Shown here: piece after piece, positions 19,070 through 27,769 of the stretch
How the letters are laid out: every line of letters begins with the position of its first letter
Position numbering within the stretch: the stretch's first letter is position 1
Source of the DNA: Bacillota bacterium
GTDB lineage: Bacteria; Bacillota_I; Bacilli_A; RF39; UBA660
Length of the DNA: 64,000 nucleotides
Assembly: GCA_015059485.1 (NCBI GenBank)
Contig: SVAH01000001.1
Location: forward strand, 140,104-204,103
Reading direction: 5' to 3'
Position numbers and translations under genes: made by a program
Notes under the pieces: model-generated
What the model was told of the DNA's origin: nothing
What the model saw: only the letters and a program-made list of their open reading frames with translations
The model's database searches: none

Positions 19070-20089
19070 TTAATAATCAATATCTGATAGAGGTACTTCT
19101 ATCGCTGGTCTTGCATAGTTCATAGATGTGACAGAATCATATGAAACATTTGAACTATAGGTATCTATATCAAATGCTGAATCATTTCTTCCATCAACTC
19201 CTGATTCAAGCCATATGTAATAAACAGAATTTGATGAATTACTGTAATTACTATCTTCAAGTAAGAAATTGCAAGAATATGAAAGCGGACCACCTGAATC
19301 CATAACGCCAACAGAATTATAACTAACAACTTGTGCAGGTATTGAACATCCAGCACTAACTTCTTGGTATGTTAATAATCTCGAAGCATAACCTGAATAA
19401 CTAAAGTTCAATTTTAATATGTTACCGGAACTATCCGTAATATGCCCAGATCTTATTTCTGGTGCATTTTTCCATTGTGTGGTATTATAAAGTTCATTTA
19501 AAGCATATTGTGGTCCATACGATGTATTACCATAATTGTTATAAGAAATATGGCCAGAAGAAAGACGATAAGTGTTACTTGTTTTAGCATATGCTAAAAC
19601 TGCAATATTTGAATCTGCTCTCATATGTCCATTATTCATAGTAGATACATAATAAAATCTTTCAGAATCGCTTTCATAATGTCCATTACCATTTACATCG
19701 CAATCAAACGCATCTCCAGCTTTTAAAGTCCCAGCAGTAGTTGAAATATTTCCATATGTTATAGTATCTCCATGACCATAAGTTTTATAATTATTTTGTA
19801 CGTGGCATGCACTTCCTGTCATACAAGTTTCAGTATGCAATGTTGATGTAGATGCCCTTTTACATAGTTTTTTTTCCGTACATGTATAACCTTCTGGACA
19901 TCTACTCTTACATTCTTGTGAAAGATTTAATAATTCAGTTAATGCACCATTAACTGTAGTTTCACTAGTTGCACTATTAGAATATAAAACTTGCTCAGAT
20001 GGAACGCTTACTGCATATGCTGCCATAGTAATTCCAAGTATAATACCCGTTAATATTCCAAATATCATTTTTGAAGATATTTTTTTCAT
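19070..20089 (-). CDS. secreted Cys-rich lectin-like protein, paralog 1
   Basis: Sec signal peptide (cleavage about AYA|VS). Shares CPEGYTCTEK...LHTETC...ITYGN...GDAFDCDVNG...RFYYVSTM...ARLLTYQEV...FLLE...WLE...RPAIEVPLSDIDY with the adjacent gene. Confidence 0.7.
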   Translation of the reverse strand: MKKISSKMIFGILTGIILGITMAAYAVSVPSEQVLYSNSATSETTVNGALTELLNLSQECKSRCPEGYTCTEKKLCKRASTSTLHTETCMTGSACHVQNNYKTYGHGDTITYGNISTTAGTLKAGDAFDCDVNGNGHYESDSERFYYVSTMNNGHMRADSNIAVLAYAKTSNTYRLSSGHISYNNYGNTSYGPQYALNELYNTTQWKNAPEIRSGHITDSSGNILKLNFSYSGYASRLLTYQEVSAGCSIPAQVVSYNSVGVMDSGGPLSYSCNFLLEDSNYSNSSNSVYYIWLESGVDGRNDSAFDIDTYSSNVSYDSVTSMNYARPAIEVPLSDIDY

Positions 20090-20125
20090 ATAATTACCTC
20101 CATTTCTATTTCAAAATATTTATTA

Positions 20126-21163
20126 TCAATAGTCTATATCCTCTAGTGGAACCTCAATTGCGGGGCGAACACCACAGTAGAGAGAGTTGCTGACGGCAGA
20201 GCCGCCGTTCACGTTACGGTAGTTCGAGTAGACTGACCAAGCGCGGTCAGTGCGACTCTCGACCGGAGTCTCTAGCCAAGGTCCGGTTGTTGAATTTGAA
20301 GAATTGGTATATTTAGTATTTTCTAATAAAAATTCACATTTACTATATATTCCATTATTTACCCCTAGATTAATTGAACCATTATAACACCCGTTATATA
20401 CTTCTTGATACGTTAAAAGTCTTGCTTGTGCTCTACCATAGTCAAAATCTACAACAGGTGTTCCAATTTCGTCAGTTATAAGTCTTGTAGATGATTTTAA
20501 ACTTACTCCTGGCCAACTAACTGGTGCATTTCCAGGTAAGTGTTTTTTTGCTGTAACAGGGCCTTTAGTATTCGAATTAGATGACAAACCAGTATCTGCC
20601 ATTGTTGCCCATGCTACACCTGTTGTATTATTATGTCCATTTACTACATTAGTATAATACACTAATACTGCATAGTTACTATCATTTACATCACTATGAC
20701 CTGCCATTGTTGATACATAATAGAATCTTGCTGCTTCTCCATTAACCATGTATGATCCATCACCCATTACATCGCAATCAAATGCATCACCTGTTGCTAA
20801 TGTTCCCTTAGTTCCTACATTACCATATGTTATAGAATGTCCATTTCCTCTTGTTTCTGCACAATGACCATATGATTGATTACATGTTTCTGTATGCAAC
20901 TCTGATGAATGCCCTACTCTTTTACATATTGGTCTTTTTTCTGTACACTCATATCCATCTGGGCATGTAGTTCCACATGTGTGTGCTGTATCAATAAGTT
21001 CGTCAAGAGTCCCTTTTACTGTCGTTTGACTAGTTAATGTGTGAGAATATGTTACTTCATTAGAAGTAATACTATTGGCGTATACTGCTATTGATATTCC
21101 TATTATTAAGCCTGCTATTGTACCAATTGAATAATCTTTAAAAAATTTTAATAATTTTTTCAT
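20126..21163 (-). CDS. secreted Cys-rich lectin-like protein, paralog 2, with GC-rich variable-region-like C-terminus
   Basis: Signal peptide (about VYA|NS), same conserved blocks as paralog 1. The C-terminal YWLE..AW.V.....GVRPAIEV pattern resembles DUF1566/C-type-lectin-like ligand-binding folds. Confidence 0.7.
   Translation of the reverse strand: MKKLLKFFKDYSIGTIAGLIIGISIAVYANSITSNEVTYSHTLTSQTTVKGTLDELIDTAHTCGTTCPDGYECTEKRPICKRVGHSSELHTETCNQSYGHCAETRGNGHSITYGNVGTKGTLATGDAFDCDVMGDGSYMVNGEAARFYYVSTMAGHSDVNDSNYAVLVYYTNVVNGHNNTTGVAWATMADTGLSSNSNTKGPVTAKKHLPGNAPVSWPGVSLKSSTRLITDEIGTPVVDFDYGRAQARLLTYQEVYNGCYNGSINLGVNNGIYSKCEFLLENTKYTNSSNSTTGPWLETPVESRTDRAWSVYSNYRNVNGGSAVSNSLYCGVRPAIEVPLEDIDY
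20129..20287 (-). other. GC-rich NNC-codon patch (candidate DGR variable region plus IMH)
   Basis: Abrupt composition switch. 21 of the 52 terminal sense codons end in C (AAC x4, TAC x3, GTC x3, CGC x3, GGC x2...), whereas the homologous stretch of paralog 1 uses ordinary AT-rich codons. Confidence 0.5.
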
Positions 21164-21202
21164 ATTCTCACCCTACTTTAAATAATTATAACATAAATTT
21201 TA

Positions 21203-21970
21203 TTAAAATAAATAAAATAATTTAACAATATTGTAAAATTTATCATAGTATAAAAATACTATAAATAAAGACGAAACAATGAATGGTCCAAATGGAACTT
21301 CATTATCTTTATTTAGTACAATTGTTGCAAGTGCATAAGGAAGTGCTAAGAAAGTGGAAAATATTAAAGATACCATAGATACTTGTATTCCAAGCACCAT
21401 TCCTATTACAAATGATAATTTAATGTCTCCTCCACCTAGCGCCTCTCGTTTATATATTTTTTTACCAATAAATCCTACGAGTAACATTATTATAAAAACC
21501 ACTAAGCCATATATTAATGATAAAAACGCTGTACTCCAATTATAATATACTACTTTTAATATAAAAATTAAAATAGATGATATTATAAGTGGCGAATCAA
21601 GTATTATCATGAATTTAAAATCACTTATAAATATTAAGATACTTAGTGAAGATAAGATTAAAGATATAAAAAACTCATAGGATATTCCAAAATATAAATA
21701 GCTAAATAAAAATAATATACCACAAGAAAGCTCCGATAAAAATAAATCATAAGGTAAATCATGATGACAATGTCTACATTTTCCTTTTTGCAATAAGTAT
21801 GAAAGAAGCGGTATATTTTCATACCACTTTAAAGGCGTATTACAATAATCACAATGACTCCCTGGTTTAACTATAGATTTATTTTGTGGCAATCTTAAGG
21901 CAACCACATTATAAAACGATCCCATAATTATTCCAAATATGAATAAAATAATTGAAAAATAAATAACCAT
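21203..21970 (-). CDS. pilD: prepilin peptidase (A24 family)
   Basis: N-terminal CDYC...CRHC zinc-binding pairs, polytopic membrane protein, GGGDIKL catalytic Asp motif. Confidence 0.85.
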   Translation of the reverse strand: MVIYFSIILFIFGIIMGSFYNVVALRLPQNKSIVKPGSHCDYCNTPLKWYENIPLLSYLLQKGKCRHCHHDLPYDLFLSELSCGILFLFSYLYFGISYEFFISLILSSLSILIFISDFKFMIILDSPLIISSILIFILKVVYYNWSTAFLSLIYGLVVFIIMLLVGFIGKKIYKREALGGGDIKLSFVIGMVLGIQVSMVSLIFSTFLALPYALATIVLNKDNEVPFGPFIVSSLFIVFLYYDKFYNIVKLFYLF

Positions 21971-21973
21971 TTT

Positions 21974-23551
21974 TTAACCTACACTTCCCATTAAATTAAA
22001 CATCGGAATAACAACTGCTAAAATAATTGTTCCTACAACAACTGCTAAGCCTGCAATTAAAACTGGTTCAATAAAACTTTTCAAAGCCCCTACAATACTT
22101 CTATGTTGCTCTGAATAATAATCTGATACTGTTTGCATCATCTCTGCAAGTTCTCCAGTTGATTCACCAGTAACAATCATATAATATGCTACATCAGGAA
22201 CAGCCCATTGTTTTTTAAAGGCATCTGATATTTTTCTACCTTCAATAATATTATTAATAGTTTTAATCATTATTTCTTTATATATTTCATTAGTTGTTAT
22301 CTTACTTAGAATCTCAACACTAGTTGTAATAAATACATTATTTCTTAAAAGTGACGCAAACGTTTTTGTAAATATTGTCAATTCATTATATATAATTACG
22401 CTTTTGACAACAGGTAAATGCATAAAAAATACTTGCATTGACTTTCTAACTGCTTTAACGTTTTTATACATCCATATTATTAATATTACTATTCCTAGAA
22501 CTACTCCTAGTACAACAAGCGCATTGGCCCTTAAAAAATTACTAGATTCAAGCACAAATCTTGTTAACCCAGCAACAGGGGCATTTGATTGAGCATATAT
22601 TTTTTCAAATTGAGGAATGACATATAATAAAATAAATGTTACAACACCTATAGCAAAAACACTTACTATTGCAGGATATGAAATAGCGCTAATCATTTCT
22701 TTACGAGTTGCTTCTACTTCTTCATAATAATTAGCCATATCTGTTAGAGTTTCTTCAATATTTCCTGTTGCTTCTGCAGCTTTAACCATATTAACTAGTA
22801 AACTTGGAAACATCTTTCCTTGTTTTTCTAGACAGCTTGAAAATGCTTCTCCATTCGTAAGCTCATAAGTTATAGCCTGAAAAATTCTTTTTTGAGTTGG
22901 TTTTTTATTCATTTGGTTTGAAAGAATTCTAATTGCTTCTGCAAGTGGAATACCAGCTTTTAAATATGTTGATAACTGACTTAATAAAAATATTAAATCT
23001 TTATTAGACATTTTATTTCCTATAATAGATGTTTCACCATATAATTTTTGTAAAAGAGGACTTGTTTCAATTTTATATACATCATATCCTTCACTTATTA
23101 AGAATGTATATACATCTAATTTAGAATAAGCATAAAATACTTGATTTACTACTTTACCATCAGTATCTCTAGCAGTATATTTGTATACTACTGCTTTTTC
23201 ACTTCTAACAGATCCTTCATCATTTAAAGTTGAAAGCAATTTTTGTTTTTCTTTTTCATAGTAATCATTTCTACTTTTTACCCAAGGCAGTTTATTATAA
23301 AATTCTTGTCTTTTTTTTCTTTGTTCTTCTTTTAAAATTTCTTCCTTTTCTGAAGATGTTAAAAAACCTTGTGATGCAGTTGAAATTGCTTTGTCAGCAG
23401 TGCCTCCAACTACATTAAAAATATAAAATATCCATTCATATAATATAAATTTAAAACCCTTAAAAGCAAAAATAAATATATATGCAAAAATCATTGTAAA
23501 TGATTCTTCTTTATCATTTTCTACTATAGATTGTGCTTTTACATCATCCAT
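21974..23551 (-). CDS. pilC: type II secretion system F / PilC family platform protein with about 110 aa N-terminal extension
   Basis: Two T2SSF repeats (LSTYLKAGIPLAEAI..., FASLLRNNVFITTSV...). An extra N-terminal TM helix plus a charged segment precedes the usual VYKYTARDTDGK start. Confidence 0.85.
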   Translation of the reverse strand: MDDVKAQSIVENDKEESFTMIFAYIFIFAFKGFKFILYEWIFYIFNVVGGTADKAISTASQGFLTSSEKEEILKEEQRKKRQEFYNKLPWVKSRNDYYEKEKQKLLSTLNDEGSVRSEKAVVYKYTARDTDGKVVNQVFYAYSKLDVYTFLISEGYDVYKIETSPLLQKLYGETSIIGNKMSNKDLIFLLSQLSTYLKAGIPLAEAIRILSNQMNKKPTQKRIFQAITYELTNGEAFSSCLEKQGKMFPSLLVNMVKAAEATGNIEETLTDMANYYEEVEATRKEMISAISYPAIVSVFAIGVVTFILLYVIPQFEKIYAQSNAPVAGLTRFVLESSNFLRANALVVLGVVLGIVILIIWMYKNVKAVRKSMQVFFMHLPVVKSVIIYNELTIFTKTFASLLRNNVFITTSVEILSKITTNEIYKEIMIKTINNIIEGRKISDAFKKQWAVPDVAYYMIVTGESTGELAEMMQTVSDYYSEQHRSIVGALKSFIEPVLIAGLAVVVGTIILAVVIPMFNLMGSVG

Positions 23552-23633
23552 TATTAAAGCCTCCCTTTATTCTATATAAAGTATATCATGATATTAAATA
23601 ATTATCTACAAAAAAATAAAAAGTGTATAAAAA

Positions 23634-25946
23634 TTATCCAAAGATATTATTATACACTTCTATATAATTTGATATTTCTATTATATTTAATGATTTCTTT
23701 ACATCATCTGGAATCATTTTTAAATCTTTATGATTCTTTTTAGGAATAAATATTGTTTTAATATTATTGTTATATGCCCCAATAATTTTTTCTTTAATTC
23801 CTCCAACTTCAAGTACTTCACCGGTAAGTGATAACTCTCCAGTTAAAGCAATTGAATTATTCACTTTTTTATTAATCAAGAGTCCAATTAACGATGTTGT
23901 AATTGCTATACCAGCAGATGGTCCATCTTTTTTTATTGCACCATCTAGCATATGAATATGAAAATCTTTATTTTTAAATATATCTTTTTTAATTCTAAAT
24001 TCATCACTATTAGCTCTAATATAACTTAGTGATACATCAACACTTTCTTTTAGTATATCTCCAAGATGTCCAGTAACTTTTATTTTACCGTCACCATCAT
24101 ACATTACACTTTCAATAGGTGTAATAATACCTCCATATGGTGTATATGCTAAACCATTTACTACTCCAATATTATTATTTTTAGTTACCATATCATAGTT
24201 ATATTTGCAAACTCCTAAATATATTTCTAAATGTTTACTATCTAAATTAACTTTTATTTCATTTTTTGAATGATTACTAGTAATAACTTTTCTTATTATT
24301 TTATCTATTGCTCTTTCTAATTCTCTTACCCCTGCTTCTTTTGTATAATCTCTAATTATATGTCTTATTGTATCAACACTTATTTTTATTTCTTTTGTTT
24401 TTATATCATATTCTTTAAATAACTTGGGTATAATATATTTCTTAGCTATATCGATTTTCTCATTTTCGGTATAACTCGCCATTTCAATTATTTCTAATCT
24501 ATCAAGTAATTCTTCAGGAATGTTATCTTTGTTATTCGCTGTTAAAATAAACATTACCTTGGATAAGTCAAATTCTTCTTCAATATAGTTGTCAACAAAT
24601 ATTTTATTTTGTTCATAATCCAAAATATCTAAAAGAACACTTGCAGGATCACCTTTATAATCTTTCACCATTTTATCAATTTCATCAATCAAGATTATTG
24701 GATTTCTACTTCCACATTTTCTGATGCTTTGAATAATCTTTCCTGGTGATGCTGCAATATACGTTTTTCTATGCCCATTTAATTCAGAACTATCATTTAA
24801 TCCACCAACACTTATTTTCGCAAATTTCTTGTTTAAAGCATTAGCTATTGAGAAAGCAAATGTAGTTTTCCCAACTCCTGGTGGCCCAACTAGACAAATT
24901 ATAGGGCTTTTAATTTCTTTGTTTCTTTTTTTTACAGAAACATATTCTAATATTCTTTCTTTTATTTCTTCTAAACCATAATGAGACTTATCCAAAACTT
25001 TTTTAACATTTATAATATTTTCTTCATCTTTAGTGAGTGTATTCCATGGAAGAGATAGCATGTATTCGATATAATTTCTAGTTATAGTCATATCAGGACT
25101 TAATTCATTTGTAAAATCGTATTTTTTGATTTCACTTATCAATCTATCATGAATATTTTTTGAAATCTTTAATGATTCTAGCTTTTCTAAATAATTATTA
25201 ACTTCTTCACTTTTATCATTAGTTTCTCCTAACTCTTTTTTTATTTGCTTCATCTTTTCTTTTAAAATGAATTCTTTTTGTGAATTTTCAAGTTCATTCG
25301 CCAAATTATCATCAAGTTTTTCATTAAGCATACTAACTTCAACTTCAATTGATAAATCTTTTATTAAATTTCTAGCTCTCTTCAAAGCATTAATTTCTTC
25401 CATATATTCTAATTTTTTTTCAATATTTAATGGAACAAATAATGTTATTTGATCAGTTATTTTATATATATCACTTTCATTTCTAACTGTTGCAAGAATA
25501 CTATTAGAAATAGCTGGATTTAAATCCAGATATTCTTTTAAGACTTCAATTAACTTTCTTTTAGCAGCAAGTATTTCAACTTCACTGAAACGTGGTAAAA
25601 TAATCTCTTTAAAACTGCATTCTAAAATATCAATATCATCTACATTATTAGAATATTCTTCAATTGCAACTCTTTTTAGACCCCTTACTTTAATTTTCAA
25701 ATGTCCATTTGATAATTCAATTTTACTGGTAATTTTACAAACAACTCCAACAAAAGGTAAATCTGTAACTTCAGGTTCTTCTTCCTTTTGATCTTTTGGA
25801 CAAACTACTAAAAGTTCATTTTTGTAATCCTTAGAAGATATCATTACAGTCTTTTTGCTAATTTTATTATTAATATCAAGTTTAACTTCTTGGTTTGGGA
25901 GTAGAACTAATCCTTTAAGTAGCATTACTGGCAATGAACTGTTCAT
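23634..25946 (-). CDS. lon: ATP-dependent Lon protease
   Basis: LON N-domain, AAA+ Walker A GPPGVGKTT, proteolytic KDGPSAG serine motif. ATG 25946 follows a GGAGGGAG RBS. Confidence 0.95.
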   Translation of the reverse strand: MNSSLPVMLLKGLVLLPNQEVKLDINNKISKKTVMISSKDYKNELLVVCPKDQKEEEPEVTDLPFVGVVCKITSKIELSNGHLKIKVRGLKRVAIEEYSNNVDDIDILECSFKEIILPRFSEVEILAAKRKLIEVLKEYLDLNPAISNSILATVRNESDIYKITDQITLFVPLNIEKKLEYMEEINALKRARNLIKDLSIEVEVSMLNEKLDDNLANELENSQKEFILKEKMKQIKKELGETNDKSEEVNNYLEKLESLKISKNIHDRLISEIKKYDFTNELSPDMTITRNYIEYMLSLPWNTLTKDEENIINVKKVLDKSHYGLEEIKERILEYVSVKKRNKEIKSPIICLVGPPGVGKTTFAFSIANALNKKFAKISVGGLNDSSELNGHRKTYIAASPGKIIQSIRKCGSRNPIILIDEIDKMVKDYKGDPASVLLDILDYEQNKIFVDNYIEEEFDLSKVMFILTANNKDNIPEELLDRLEIIEMASYTENEKIDIAKKYIIPKLFKEYDIKTKEIKISVDTIRHIIRDYTKEAGVRELERAIDKIIRKVITSNHSKNEIKVNLDSKHLEIYLGVCKYNYDMVTKNNNIGVVNGLAYTPYGGIITPIESVMYDGDGKIKVTGHLGDILKESVDVSLSYIRANSDEFRIKKDIFKNKDFHIHMLDGAIKKDGPSAGIAITTSLIGLLINKKVNNSIALTGELSLTGEVLEVGGIKEKIIGAYNNNIKTIFIPKKNHKDLKMIPDDVKKSLNIIEISNYIEVYNNIFG

Positions 25947-26225
25947 ATTAACTCCCTCCAATCAATAAAACTTATTATATTTTATTAATATAAATTTGTC
26001 TATAAAAAAACTAATTTTTATTCAAAAATATTTATAAAGTCCCTATTTATCGCTTTTTTACTAATGTCTACTAGTGCGTAAATAGACAGACTTTTACATA
26101 CTAAATTAACTATTTTTTTATTTTTAAATATATTATACACTAAAAGAAATAAGCAAATAATATTAGCTTATTTCTTTTATTTGAGTAAAATTAAATAAAT
26201 ATTAATAAAATTATTTTTTCAGTTA

Positions 26226-26762
26226 TTAGTTTGTTAAAGTTAATGTAGCACTATCGATTGGTAAATTTGAATAATTTGCATCAGTCAATGTTATAGTTCT
26301 TAGTGCTCCTAATGCATTTTGAACCTCTATAGTACTAGTTTGTTCAGTTAATGTTGTATTTTTTACAGTTGCATCAAATTCGTGGTTACCATCTGAAGCA
26401 GTTTGTTTATAATAAATTACTGGTGCACCAGTTTGAGCATATGGAATATTATTGAAAAAAGCATTACCTGATGAATCAGTCGTTATCAAAGAACCATATT
26501 CAGTACCAGTACTGTCTGTCCTTATAAATGTTGCACCTATTACTGGCGTACCTGTCGAGGTTCCATCTTCTGTTACATGTATAGTTAATGTACCAGTTGC
26601 TGATATTGTAAATGCATATGAATCCGTACCGCTTTCAATAGATACACTAGATGGATCAATAGATATATTATCATACCCTGTAGATTCTGCAGTTACAGTA
26701 TAAGTTCCATTTAGTAAATTAGCTGTACCACTACCATTGGTAATAGTTACTGTCTTTGCCAT
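26226..26762 (-). CDS. Thr/Ser/Gly-rich beta-sandwich (Cna-B / carboxypeptidase-regulatory-like) repeat protein, no signal peptide
   Basis: Contains one complete repeat (TLTIHVTEDGTSTGTPVIGATFIRTD...TTDSSGNAFFNNIP...YYKQTASDG...). It is flanked by an N-terminal partial repeat and a C-terminal partial repeat (RTITLTDANYSNLPIDSATLTLTN). Noticeably higher GC than its neighbours. Confidence 0.6.
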   Translation of the reverse strand: MAKTVTITNGSGTANLLNGTYTVTAESTGYDNISIDPSSVSIESGTDSYAFTISATGTLTIHVTEDGTSTGTPVIGATFIRTDSTGTEYGSLITTDSSGNAFFNNIPYAQTGAPVIYYKQTASDGNHEFDATVKNTTLTEQTSTIEVQNALGALRTITLTDANYSNLPIDSATLTLTN

Positions 26763-27100
26763 AAAGTAATCATCCCCTTCATTATAGGCAAATTTTTGTA
26801 GTTTCTATCTGTAAGTAAAAAGGTAATAATTCTGCTTTGGTTTTGATATAAAATACATTTATTAAAATTAAAAATATATTTATCACAATTATTTATGATA
26901 TAAAAATGCTTTTTGATAAAACCTGCATTAGATTTTGCAATTAATTTATATAGAGAGTTCTTTTTTAAACATAATAACATTCTACCGTTATAGGTTTCTT
27001 TTTTACATATAATATTATTGTCTAAATCATATATAATGACACATGCTTGCATAACATCTTTATAACCCAATCCATTGAATATCAATTCTATCTCTTTCAT
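26747..27100 (-). CDS. beta-sandwich repeat protein ending in the same half-domain motif; overlaps the downstream gene by 16 nt
   Basis: The VIIYDLDNN...TYNGRMLL...YKLIAKSNAGF pattern is followed by the C-terminal RIITFLLTDRNYKNLPIMKGMITL. ATG 27100 follows an AGGTGA RBS. Confidence 0.5.
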   Translation of the reverse strand: MKEIELIFNGLGYKDVMQACVIIYDLDNNIICKKETYNGRMLLCLKKNSLYKLIAKSNAGFIKKHFYIINNCDKYIFNFNKCILYQNQSRIITFLLTDRNYKNLPIMKGMITLWQRQ

Positions 27101-27138
27101 CTTTATCACCTTTCAATATATTTTATACACATTAAAAA

Positions 27139-27160
27139 AGATGAATAATAATATTCATCT
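27139..27160 (-). terminator. rho-independent terminator after ORF 27201..27383
   Basis: agatgaata / tattcatct 9-bp stem with a 4-nt loop, followed on the minus strand by tttttaatg. Confidence 0.55.
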
Positions 27161-27200
27161 AAAATTTTATTGATTCTTTATAAATTCATAATTACACAAA

Positions 27201-27383
27201 CTATCTTTTTAAACTTCTTTGGATATCGCCTTCATTTTCAATCAAGTTATTTTTCATTTGTTCTCTTAATTCTAATTGCATTAATTCATAAATTCTTTCT
27301 TTGGATTTAAATAAAACATACGCTTCATAAATACTTAAGCTTTCATATATTCCTTGATGTGACTCAACATAATCTTCTAACAT
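27201..27383 (-). CDS. hypothetical protein (60 aa, helical)
   Basis: ORF 11 nt downstream of the preceding ORF, followed by a terminator. No family recognised. Confidence 0.35.
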   Translation of the reverse strand: MLEDYVESHQGIYESLSIYEAYVLFKSKERIYELMQLELREQMKNNLIENEGDIQRSLKR

Positions 27384-27394
27384 TCCTTTTTCCT

Positions 27395-27769
27395 CTAATT
27401 CAGAAATATGTTTAATGCTATTTGTATTTCATCTGAATCCAATCTAGACTCAACAAGTTCTTTTAATGAACTATACATATATTCAACGACTTGATTATGT
27501 TCTTCTAAAGTACACTTTCTTTTTTGATATTTAACCAATAAATTATGCATTTTCTTTTGTTTTCTAATTCTATGATATTCATCCATTTCAAAATCTGTAA
27601 AAGAAGTAAAATCTTTTTCTTTTATGCTTTCAATGAAAGAAAGCTCCTCTGGTTTTAAATATTCTGTGAATTTTATCCATGTTTCAAGTGCAATATCACT
27701 ATTAGGATAAGAATCACATATTGTTGGATAACTCATTCTGTTATTATTTTTTAATGTAAAATTTACCAT
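27395..27769 (-). CDS. hypothetical protein (124 aa)
   Basis: ORF with a GGAG RBS (aaaaggagaaataatttATG). No family recognised. Confidence 0.4.
   Translation of the reverse strand: MVNFTLKNNNRMSYPTICDSYPNSDIALETWIKFTEYLKPEELSFIESIKEKDFTSFTDFEMDEYHRIRKQKKMHNLLVKYQKRKCTLEEHNQVVEYMYSSLKELVESRLDSDEIQIALNIFLN

Noticed and set aside
19070-21163. N-termini of the two lectin-like proteins as type IV prepilin signals, given the adjacent pilD/pilC
   Set aside because: There is no G|F/M-T-L-x-E motif and no Glu at +5. Both have ordinary n-h-c signal peptides with AxA-type SPase I sites (AYA|VS, VYA|NS), so Sec secretion is the simpler reading.
26747-26762. Programmed -1 ribosomal frameshift joining ORFs 26747..27100 and 26226..26762
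   Set aside because: The overlap (att act tta tgg caa aga cag taa) contains no X_XXY_YYZ slippery heptamer. The downstream ORF has its own ATG and a purine-rich RBS-like stretch. A mutational frameshift remains possible and is listed as an alternative in the finding.
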